64,000 nt of DNA from Promethearchaeota archaeon (GTDB lineage Archaea > Asgardarchaeota > Lokiarchaeia > Sigyniarchaeales > SOKP01). Numbering within the stretch: the first letter of the stretch is position 1; each line of letters starts with the position of its first letter. The DNA lies in the NCBI GenBank assembly GCA_019058245.1, contig JAHPZJ010000028.1, positions 96,001 to 160,000 of the forward strand, written 5' to 3'. The position numbers and the translations under genes are program-made. The notes under the pieces are model-generated. The model was not told where the DNA came from. It saw nothing but the letters and a program-made list of their open reading frames with translations, and did not search any database. Shown in pieces: positions 1-8,778 of the stretch.

Positions 1-33
1 ACTTGATACTTATTAAGGGTTTGATAGCAAGTT

Positions 34-357
34 ATGGAAATCACACAAAGTGGTATTTTAGAGGTTAGTTTGCAGAATAAGTCTGAATCTATATCTGTAG
101 ACTCAGATGATCAAATTGAAAAAATAGTTAAAGCCTTATCTTCACGAACTAGACGTAAAATACTTAATCATATCCAAGATGAACCGATGGATGTGTCTAA
201 TATCGCCGCTAATTTAAAGATGACTGAAGCTAATATTTCTGCTCAAATTAAGAAGCTCGAAGAAGCAGGACTAATAATTTGTGATTATGCTTCTGGTGAC
301 CACGGGGTTAGGAAAATTTCGAAGTTAAAATTCAATAGACTTGTAATACAATTTTAA
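34..357 (+). CDS. ArsR-family winged HTH regulator
   Basis: KALSSRTRRKIL...DVSNIAANLKMTEANISAQIKKLEEAGLI pattern. Confidence 0.85.
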   Translation: MEITQSGILEVSLQNKSESISVDSDDQIEKIVKALSSRTRRKILNHIQDEPMDVSNIAANLKMTEANISAQIKKLEEAGLIICDYASGDHGVRKISKLKFNRLVIQF

Positions 358-455
358 GTATTATTTTATAAAAAATTAGGCTTTAATTTAAGGTCCTAGA
401 TCTATTTTTATGCCCTAAATAGTATATATTGTCTTAATTTCATTACTAAGTTGAT

Positions 456-2039
456 TTAGTTAGATATTTTTGCTGATTTTCGTTTCTTTTTAATTAGAGG
501 TATAAGCTCAGTTTCTTTTTCATGAATTTCTGGTTTGTAAATTATAGTGTCTTTTTTAACCTTTCCTTCTGACATCAATTCTTTTAGTTCATCAGAAATT
601 AACGAAAGATTCATTCCCATCGACTGAAGCATTTCTCTTCCGCTTTTTATTACCGTTTTAGCAAAACGAGGTATATTTCGCCCCATCCAGTTGAATTGAC
701 CAAAGGGATTAGTATATCTTTTTATGAGCATTCTTAGCCAACCCTTACTAAGATAATATGCAGAATATGCTTCACCGACTAATTGAAAAAGTTCGTTATT
801 GGTTAATTGTTCTGTACGCATCATTGGATGGAACAAATCATAATGTTTGAAATTATTACTAGTTATCATATTTTTTTCCGACATTTCTTTGTAAAAATCG
901 GTACCTGGAAAGGCAGTAATGGGTGTAAATTGAATACAGGTTAAATTAAGGGATTTTGCGAACTGAATATTTTGTCTTACCATCGTTTTAGTTTCACCTG
1001 GAAAACCAATTATTACCCCTCCAAAAATTGAAATTCCACGATCTTGTAACATAGATACGACTTTTTTTACCATATTAGGAGTTAGATTTTTTTTATTCAT
1101 TGCATCAAGGCTTTGTTGATGCACGGATTCGATACCAAGAAACACTTGTCTCATACCTGCTTTGTGCATTAAATCAATTAAGCTTGGATTCCTATATAAC
1201 GTATCAACTCTAGATTGACAAGAGAAGTACATTTTGTTGGGGATTCCTGAACGTATCATAGTTTCAAGGATTTCTTTTGTTCTTTTTGTTTTAATAGTAA
1301 AGTTGTCTTCACAGAAAAAAATAAAATCATTTTTCCAATCAACGTCATATATTTCTTGCATAATCCTTTTAGTTGATTTTGTACGATAAGTTACAGGATG
1401 ATCTGGATTTCTCCACATTTTTATAATACAACAGAATTTACAATTATGAGGACATCCTCTTGATGTTTCAAGTTGGGCAACCCTAGCACCTAAATAGACA
1501 TATTTTTTATCATCTAATAAATCCCTCCGAGGCATTGGAAAATTATCTAAATTAAGTTCTAATCTACGATCTTTATTATGAATGACTATCCCTTCTTTAT
1601 TTTTATATGAAACACCATCTATTTTACTTAATAGTTTAGTTCCTTTATTTCCATCGATATATTCAACAAGTTCGCGGAAAGTGTGTTCTCCCTCTCCACG
1701 TACAACATAATCTATTGAAGGGTGTTTTGCTACTGATTCTGGGGCTAATGTGGGTTGATATCCCCCAATTATTGTAGTGCATCCGTGCTCTTTTGCCATC
1801 TGCGCAACTTCAAATGCATGAGAGATTTGTGGTGTCATGCTTGTAAGAGCGACTATGTCATTTTGATTTAATAATGAACGAAATCTCTTTTCATTATACT
1901 TATGGACTTTGAAATCAAATAATTTAGCATCATGTTCTGGAACCATTGCAGCAATTGAAATTAAACTTAAGGGAGGTCCTTTGATTATAGCATCAAGTCC
2001 AGAAGTCAATCGAGCAGGATTAACGTATAAAATCTTCAT
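456..2039 (-). CDS. B12-binding domain radical SAM protein
   Basis: N-terminal cobalamin-binding-like region (GGYQPT, VVRGEGE) and CPHNCKFC radical SAM motif. Confidence 0.9.
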   Translation of the reverse strand: MKILYVNPARLTSGLDAIIKGPPLSLISIAAMVPEHDAKLFDFKVHKYNEKRFRSLLNQNDIVALTSMTPQISHAFEVAQMAKEHGCTTIIGGYQPTLAPESVAKHPSIDYVVRGEGEHTFRELVEYIDGNKGTKLLSKIDGVSYKNKEGIVIHNKDRRLELNLDNFPMPRRDLLDDKKYVYLGARVAQLETSRGCPHNCKFCCIIKMWRNPDHPVTYRTKSTKRIMQEIYDVDWKNDFIFFCEDNFTIKTKRTKEILETMIRSGIPNKMYFSCQSRVDTLYRNPSLIDLMHKAGMRQVFLGIESVHQQSLDAMNKKNLTPNMVKKVVSMLQDRGISIFGGVIIGFPGETKTMVRQNIQFAKSLNLTCIQFTPITAFPGTDFYKEMSEKNMITSNNFKHYDLFHPMMRTEQLTNNELFQLVGEAYSAYYLSKGWLRMLIKRYTNPFGQFNWMGRNIPRFAKTVIKSGREMLQSMGMNLSLISDELKELMSEGKVKKDTIIYKPEIHEKETELIPLIKKKRKSAKISN

Positions 2040-2527
2040 CTTTCTAATTCCTTAATTTTTTTTTTTTCATTTTTTTTATCAACGTGCCTAAATTCCACTA
2101 TCTAAAATTAAAACTTAATAATAATAGAGAAGTAGTGGTACAGAGAATTCTATAGAGAGTTCTCTAGACAAATAAACACTTTATAATTATATAGTTAAAC
2201 CATCTATTTAAACTTTTTGTTATATCTACATAGCTGTAAAAAACACAAAGAGGGTTTAAAAATTCAATATAGGAAAATATGGTATTTTTTTATATATGAT
2301 TTCTTATTAATTAAAATATTTTTTTTTCAAGTATATAAAAAATTGAGTCGTAATATTCAACAATTATAAATACCAGCGACGTGGAAAAAGTAATAAGATT
2401 ATATAAAATGGTTAAACAAGATTATTATAAAGGAGCTTGTAACGTTGAGATGAATAATGTTGCGTGTGAGGCCACTTTGAAATTTTATTGTCTAAGAGCA
2501 TAAATTGTTACTGTTAGGTACTACTAA

Positions 2528-3673
2528 TCATTTGAGGGATTCAAAATATTCAATTAAAGTATTTTTTATCAACTCAAAATGACCCAAATGAGTTTTTTTA
2601 AGATCATCAAGAGCTTCTTTTATCCCTAATTTCTCAATCCTTTCAGTTATTGTGTAATATGGTGATTTTTTCAATTCCTTTGCTAACTGTTTATTTTTCT
2701 CAATACCTTCGAAGAGATAATCATTCGGATTGAGATAATGTTTACCTAACATTCCTTGAATTATCGCTATTAACATTATATCAAAGGTAATTCTTAGTAT
2801 TATTTCATGATCAAAATCTGATATTATTGGAAATAAATAAGATTTAAGCATAGTAATTGATTTTTTGAACAAATCAAAAGATTCATTTCCTAATTGTTTA
2901 ATTCTTTCATTATAAGCACGATCTTCAGATACCCTTAAACACAATGCTGAGACTGTTTGATATTCTGCAATAAAATGAATAAATCGTGCTTTAACATTAA
3001 GATAAGTATTTTTTGATTCTTCTTCATCTATCATCGTATCTAAATCATTTAGGGATTTTCTAAAATATTCAGCAATATCATTAAACTTTTTAGCGGAAGC
3101 TTCAAATTCTTTCCTTATTAAGAGATTCAATGCTTTTTTTTCTTCTTGTTCATAAAGCTCATCGAATTTATTAATTTTCATTACTGACTTTAAAATTAAA
3201 CGCTTACCCACATCTTTTTTGATTCTGGATCGTTCAAAAGATTGTCCTGCTTTTAAGAGAAGTATTGAAGATAAACTATTATATTCTTCGGGATCAGTTT
3301 GATATAAATAATCTGAAGCCGTTTCCCACGCTTCTCCAGCAGTCTCCCAGTCATGCATATTAAATGATATATTTCCTAATTGAATCAATAATTTTGCAGA
3401 AACTTCATAAAGTTTAAGTTCTTCAGTTTTTCTGATAATGGATTTTAATCTATAAACCGCTTGAATGTTATTCTTAAATTGTGAGATAATTTGAGCGATT
3501 CTAATGTAAAGTTCATCTAATTTAATGTAACTCCCTAAATCAAGATAAATAGAAGCTGCTTTCTCATATAAATTGATTGATTCCTTTCCTTTTCCACGAT
3601 CAGCAAGTGTTTCTGCTTGATCAATTAATTTTATAGCTTCTAATTCTTTCTCGTCACTATAGCGATTATCCAT
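2528..3673 (-). CDS. alpha-helical repeat (TPR/SNAP-like) protein
   Basis: Repeated AxxxYEKAA / AGEAWETA helical-hairpin patterns. Confidence 0.55.
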   Translation of the reverse strand: MDNRYSDEKELEAIKLIDQAETLADRGKGKESINLYEKAASIYLDLGSYIKLDELYIRIAQIISQFKNNIQAVYRLKSIIRKTEELKLYEVSAKLLIQLGNISFNMHDWETAGEAWETASDYLYQTDPEEYNSLSSILLLKAGQSFERSRIKKDVGKRLILKSVMKINKFDELYEQEEKKALNLLIRKEFEASAKKFNDIAEYFRKSLNDLDTMIDEEESKNTYLNVKARFIHFIAEYQTVSALCLRVSEDRAYNERIKQLGNESFDLFKKSITMLKSYLFPIISDFDHEIILRITFDIMLIAIIQGMLGKHYLNPNDYLFEGIEKNKQLAKELKKSPYYTITERIEKLGIKEALDDLKKTHLGHFELIKNTLIEYFESLK

Positions 3674-3834
3674 GATAAATTGCTCTTAATAATCTGAAAT
3701 TTTAGTAATTAACAGTTTAAATTAAAGTTTCAATCCAAATACATAAGCTTAATTAAGATATTAAAACCTTAGTATTAATAGCTTTTTATATATAATTTAC
3801 TTTTAGATATCTTTGTAAAAGAATAAAAAACAAG

Positions 3835-4725
3835 TTATTTTGAGAATTGGTTAAAGATTTTTATTTTTCCTCTTTTTATAATGTTTTTAAATTCTATTGA
3901 TTGAAACACCGATGCAAAAGATTCCTTAGCGTCTTCAATCGCACCATAGAAAATGAAATTACTATACAATGTCGCGATAGACATGATACTAGCTCTTCTA
4001 TATTTTGTATGATATTTTATATTTAAATGTGGAGAAGAATATGGAAAGAGAAATAGATTAGGTGCTGTGCCCACAGGAAGTTTTAATGAGGTGCTAATTA
4101 ATTGTTGTGTTTCAAGTATATGAGCTAAGCTCTCTAAATTTACAACACCACCATCTACCCAGAGTTTTTCGACACCAATTTCTTTTAATCCATTAATTAT
4201 GCTTACATTACCAGGTTGATTTTTTTCTGTAATATAAGCATATCTTTGAGTCGAAGTCATATTTCCTGAACCAAGAATTAATATAACTACTGATTTGATT
4301 TTATATTTACGTAGTAGTTCTACTTCTTTCTTGTTTTTTAAATTTGAAATTGTATTATATATATATTGATCTGGATTTATATCATGCTCTGCAAGATATT
4401 CAATTCCGACGACTCTTGATTCAAAATCTCCCCCTAAAACGAAGGGAGGTTCAAAATTATCTAAATAAAATTCTAAATATTTTATCATTGATTTAGGTGT
4501 ATTAGCTGATATTTCTACTAAATGAGGGATTTTATATCTTTCTGATAAAGCTTGTTGTGTTTTAATCCGTTTAATCGCTTTTTGATGATTAAAAATTTCT
4601 GGATTTTTTCGATCAACAATAGTTTCATTCTTATAAAAGATTGTTCCAATTAATAGGGGTGGTAAATTAAATTCTCCTCTTTCTAATTTTATATCCCCAT
4701 AAGAAAAAAATTCAGAATCATCCAT
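3835..4725 (-). CDS. MtrH-like pterin-binding methyltransferase
   Basis: GEFNLPPLLIGTIFY, YNTIS, LPVGTAP, YGAIE resemble MtrH motifs; no other mtr genes adjacent. Confidence 0.7.
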   Translation of the reverse strand: MDDSEFFSYGDIKLERGEFNLPPLLIGTIFYKNETIVDRKNPEIFNHQKAIKRIKTQQALSERYKIPHLVEISANTPKSMIKYLEFYLDNFEPPFVLGGDFESRVVGIEYLAEHDINPDQYIYNTISNLKNKKEVELLRKYKIKSVVILILGSGNMTSTQRYAYITEKNQPGNVSIINGLKEIGVEKLWVDGGVVNLESLAHILETQQLISTSLKLPVGTAPNLFLFPYSSPHLNIKYHTKYRRASIMSIATLYSNFIFYGAIEDAKESFASVFQSIEFKNIIKRGKIKIFNQFSK

Positions 4726-4908
4726 TTTTAAATCATTTATCTAATATAATACTTAAATATGAATTATATGCTATTTAATCTGCTTACTTTTTCAAAGTCA
4801 AGATAATTTTATATTATCCTAGAAACTTGGAATTAAAAATTATGAAGACTATTATTTAATTAAGAATTAAAAAAACTTAATAAAAAAAATTTTTAGTATT
4901 ATAATAAA

Positions 4909-5151
4909 ATGAATGGTGACGAAGTCTCACAAGTTAATGTAGCAGCATATTATCTCGCACAAAAAGGCTATACTTATGATAAACTATGTTGGATGTTAGC
5001 GGAAAGACAGCTATTCCTTCAAAGAGACCCAAATTATAAAAATGAAAGCAAGATAAAGGAAAAAGCAGCTGAAATTTTCTTTTCTGGTCCTACATACGAC
5101 GTGCTATGTTATTTAATCTCAGAAGTTGATATTAAGATGAAATTACAATAA
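4909..5151 (+). CDS. small hypothetical protein with an internal two-fold repeat
   Basis: AAYYLAQKGYTYDKLCWMLAE and AAEIFFSGPTYDVLCYLISE are similar halves. Confidence 0.65.
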   Translation: MNGDEVSQVNVAAYYLAQKGYTYDKLCWMLAERQLFLQRDPNYKNESKIKEKAAEIFFSGPTYDVLCYLISEVDIKMKLQ

Positions 5152-5249
5152 AAGAAGTGACATAATAAATCTAAAGTATTTTGAGAAGAAAATTTATAAG
5201 AGTGAATTAAAAAAGATTTAATTATATATATTATGCATCTAAATCGATT

Positions 5250-6455
5250 TTAATACAAATGCAATCGAAAATCACAGTTGCGACAATGTCCTTCTTTTAG
5301 TTTTTTGAAACATTCTTCATGATAAAGAGTATTACACTGAAGATTTCCGCATTGAACTGCAGATTGACCTTTTTCAAAAATTAAATGACATACAGGACAT
5401 GCGATAAAAAGAGCCTCTTCCCCCAATAAAGCAATATCTTTTACATATTTAGCTGGTATAATATCAGGTTTCTGTGTGGTTTCTTCTTTCAATCCTCTGG
5501 TAAGGACTTGTAATTTTTGAATTTGAGTAACTTCCATTGGTATTTTTAAAAGATAAAAGCAATGTGGACATCTTGCAGTGCCAGATTTCTTTACTTGATG
5601 ATTTTTTTGAGAATCTGCCCATGCGGCTAAACAATGTATATGAAAAGGTGTGGTACAATTTGGGCAATATCTTCCAGTTACATAGAAAGACCCTTTTGTA
5701 TACGGATTTTGATCAGAGAAGCAAATAGAGCATTTTTTAAAATCAACTTCTCCTCTAATTTGTTTTGCTCGTTGTTCTTGATCTTTTGTTAAATCTTGAA
5801 CTCTTAGTAGATCAGCTGCAATCTTTCTAAGAAAAGCAGGATTTTCTATAAGAGTTTCTTTTCTTGATCCATATGTTTTATAGTTATCATCAGCAATTTC
5901 TTTAGCGGAATTAATCAATGATTCAAGATCATTATTGTAAAAATTTCGACCACCTGTAATATCACTTATTTTCTTAAGTATATTTTGTTTTCTTGTATTT
6001 CCTAAACTTAAAGTGTCTATTCGAATATTTAGTCCTTGGGCTAAACGTGCCATTTTGATTGGATCTACAGCAGTTTTCATAGAATTTCCATCAGAAATCA
6101 AAATTATTCGAGGTGTTTTGGCTCCAATTTTACGTAACTCTCCAATTAAAGTTTTTATCGATAAAGCTAATGCATCCCCTATAGCGGAGTAACCACCACA
6201 TTTTAGAGAATCCAAAGCTTCAATGAGATTATGTTCAAAACTTGAAGTGCTAAAGTCCACGACTTTTGTAGCAATATTCGCGTATTTTATTAATGCAAAT
6301 GCACTTAAATTATCTATATTGAATCGTTCTTTAATCAATATCTTACTTGCAGAAATACAACAAGCTAATCTGTTTGGAGAAAAATCTTTTCTAAACATTG
6401 ATCTAGAAGTATCTATGCAAATAACTAGATTTTCAGGAATTCGATTCTCAGACAT
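5250..6455 (-). CDS. vWA domain protein with two C-terminal RING/PHD-like zinc fingers
   Basis: MIDAS DTSRS, MFRKDFSPNRL, ISDG; two C4HC3-type Cys/His clusters (CSIC...CPNC...HIHC...CPHC; CPVC...CGNLQC...HEEC...CRNC). Confidence 0.8.
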   Translation of the reverse strand: MSENRIPENLVICIDTSRSMFRKDFSPNRLACCISASKILIKERFNIDNLSAFALIKYANIATKVVDFSTSSFEHNLIEALDSLKCGGYSAIGDALALSIKTLIGELRKIGAKTPRIILISDGNSMKTAVDPIKMARLAQGLNIRIDTLSLGNTRKQNILKKISDITGGRNFYNNDLESLINSAKEIADDNYKTYGSRKETLIENPAFLRKIAADLLRVQDLTKDQEQRAKQIRGEVDFKKCSICFSDQNPYTKGSFYVTGRYCPNCTTPFHIHCLAAWADSQKNHQVKKSGTARCPHCFYLLKIPMEVTQIQKLQVLTRGLKEETTQKPDIIPAKYVKDIALLGEEALFIACPVCHLIFEKGQSAVQCGNLQCNTLYHEECFKKLKEGHCRNCDFRLHLY

Positions 6456-6683
6456 TTTGCCGATAATATAACTAATTCAAGCTTTTATTATTCTAAATAT
6501 AGAAAATAGCTTTATTGATTAATTGATTTTTTATACTTTTATTAATTACTAATTAATTAATACTGCTTCAATTAGATAAAGTTTTTTTTTACAAATATTA
6601 ATATATATTTAATAATACCTTTTTTTACTAGTAAAGATAAAAATATTATCTAAAAGAAAAATAATAATTTAATTTGATGTCTA

Positions 6684-7892
6684 ATGTCTGAAAATAGCAG
6701 TAAGAGTGTAGCTCTTAAAGATTTCTTTAAAAGAAATGTTCTTATTAATCAAATTGAAGAAGTTCTAAGATTTAAACCAGATACGTTAATAGGCGTTGAT
6801 AAAATCAGTTCTGAAAATTTGTCTAATGAAAGTATAAATACTATTGAAGAACTTGCTAATTTATCTGTAGCAAATCTTCCTGAAATAAAAGAAATACTAC
6901 CAAGCATGTTAATGAAATGGGTAAAAATCGCTCAGCTGATACAGAAAACTATAAAGGAACAACTACGGCGTCATAAAAAATTATTAATGATAGGGCTAGA
7001 TAATGGAGGAAAAACTTCTATCCTCGCAGTAGTTCAAGATAAATTCTCGATTATTAAATCTCTTTTACCTACAAGGGGCGTAAAAAGAGAGAAATTAGAT
7101 TTTTTTGGATATCCAATAATAAGTTGGGATTTAGGCGGTCAAGTACAATATAGAGAGAAGCTTTACTTTAATAGACCAGAATTATTTTTCACTGAAGCGG
7201 ATATTATGTTATATGTGGTAGATAGCCAAGATCCTGATAGAATTCCTGAAGCCGCCAATTATTTTCGAGAAGTATTAAAAGTATTACAAGAATTACATGA
7301 ATTACCTTCTGTTATGATTGTTTTAAGCAAAAGTGATCAAGATATACGAAAAGCACTTCAATGGCAACAAAATGTCACAAGCATAAAAAACAAATTTAAC
7401 AGTATTGCTAAGGAATTTGAAGGTTTCTCGGTTGATTATTGTGATACTACTATTTTTCAGAGAGAGACAATAATGCATATGTTCAGTGAGGCGTTAAAGA
7501 AGGTATCTGATACTTCTGAAATAATCGAACATATACTCGAAGAGTTTACACATCAAGTAGAAGCAAAAGCTTCAAGTCTTGTATCAATGGATGGCTTAAT
7601 TTTTGGAAGCTATACTGGATCAGATACAGATGAAATGCTAGTAAATAATACGGCATTATTGCTTCAAACGCTTTCGAACTTCTACAATTCAATTGGCTTA
7701 ATAAGGGAAAAAACGATAAAATTGGAACTACCTCTTAATGGATTTACTATTTGCGGAGAAAAATTATTCGAATATTCCGAATTGCAGATACCTGTATTTT
7801 TGTGGATGCTTTCAGAAAACCCAGAATTATTGGATGGAAGACTTGATTATTTTAGAGAACAATTACTTCCGTTGATTAATCTTTTTCTTTAA
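6684..7892 (+). CDS. Arf/Rag-like small GTPase with N-terminal HhH-like and C-terminal roadblock-like regions
   Basis: GLDNGGKTS, PT, WDLGGQ, SKSD; C-terminal ASSLVSMDGLIFGSY typical of roadblock folds. Confidence 0.8.
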   Translation: MSENSSKSVALKDFFKRNVLINQIEEVLRFKPDTLIGVDKISSENLSNESINTIEELANLSVANLPEIKEILPSMLMKWVKIAQLIQKTIKEQLRRHKKLLMIGLDNGGKTSILAVVQDKFSIIKSLLPTRGVKREKLDFFGYPIISWDLGGQVQYREKLYFNRPELFFTEADIMLYVVDSQDPDRIPEAANYFREVLKVLQELHELPSVMIVLSKSDQDIRKALQWQQNVTSIKNKFNSIAKEFEGFSVDYCDTTIFQRETIMHMFSEALKKVSDTSEIIEHILEEFTHQVEAKASSLVSMDGLIFGSYTGSDTDEMLVNNTALLLQTLSNFYNSIGLIREKTIKLELPLNGFTICGEKLFEYSELQIPVFLWMLSENPELLDGRLDYFREQLLPLINLFL

Positions 7893-7916
7893 ATATCTTT
7901 ATAAAATTCAAAATAT

Positions 7917-8147
7917 TTACTCTAATTCTAATTCCTTATTTGCTAAAATTAAAAACTCATTACATTTATCTAACATTTTAATTGCATTATCTAAGTTTTC
8001 GACTACTGATTCTAAACCTTTTTCTTGAGCAACATTTCTCCATTTTATGAAATTTTCCTTATGTGAATCATTATGATCTGCCCAATGTTTACATAGTTTT
8101 GATAATTTTAAAATATCCTTATCTTGTTTATCCAAAATATTGTTCAT
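7917..8147 (-). CDS. small His-containing helical protein
   Basis: HWADHNDSHKENFIKW motif; function not recognised. Confidence 0.65.
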   Translation of the reverse strand: MNNILDKQDKDILKLSKLCKHWADHNDSHKENFIKWRNVAQEKGLESVVENLDNAIKMLDKCNEFLILANKELELE

Positions 8148-8277
8148 CTCTTATTATTATCCAGTATTATGATGAAAAGATTCTTTATACATTAAGTTTT
8201 AGGTTTTCTATTTGAATACATTTATATAATTATAGACTATTGGTAAATTATTTTTAATAAATTAGAATTGGAATAAT

Positions 8278-8667
8278 ATGCAAGAAATTAAAGATTTTGA
8301 TACTGAAGCAAAAAAACGTATGAAATGGATTACCTACAAAGAAAATGAAATTCTTCTTGATGATTATACAAATATTTATCCTGAACAATTTGCACCCCTC
8401 ATCAAAAGGATTACTGATCTTACATTTCAATCAGGAAAGAAAGATATTTTATTAATAGTTGATGTAACAGGAGCATATGCTAATAAAGAAGCTGTTGATG
8501 CATTTGTTGAAGCAAGTAAGAAATCAAAACCACTCTTAAAAAAAACTGCTGTTGTTGGAATAACGGGTGTAAAAAAAATATTTCTAAATATTGTTAATAA
8601 ATTCTCAGGAGTAAATGCTAAAGCAGTAGCCTCAATGGAAGATGCTAAAGAATGGTTATTAAAATAG
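8278..8667 (+). CDS. STAS/SEC14-like (SpoIIAA-like) small protein
   Basis: LLIVDVT, KTAVVGITG, EDAKEWL C-terminal motif. Confidence 0.65.
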   Translation: MQEIKDFDTEAKKRMKWITYKENEILLDDYTNIYPEQFAPLIKRITDLTFQSGKKDILLIVDVTGAYANKEAVDAFVEASKKSKPLLKKTAVVGITGVKKIFLNIVNKFSGVNAKAVASMEDAKEWLLK

Positions 8668-8778
8668 TTAATTAAAAATAATTCTAATCTAATTTAATAA
8701 ATGTTAATATAATCAAGTAGACTTACTATTTTATAGACTAAAACAAAAAAAAATAGAAAAAAAGTAAGAAAAATTATT

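Noticed and set aside
2142-2165. Hairpin AGAGAATTC-tataga-GAGTTCTCT followed by AGACAAA upstream of the radical SAM gene
   Set aside because: No 4-bp central helix forms on either strand, so it is not a BHB intron; it may be an operator or terminator but support is insufficient
2381-2503. About 40-codon GTG ORF (VEKVIRLYKMV...FYCLRA)
   Set aside because: Too short, with no recognisable family or clear SD
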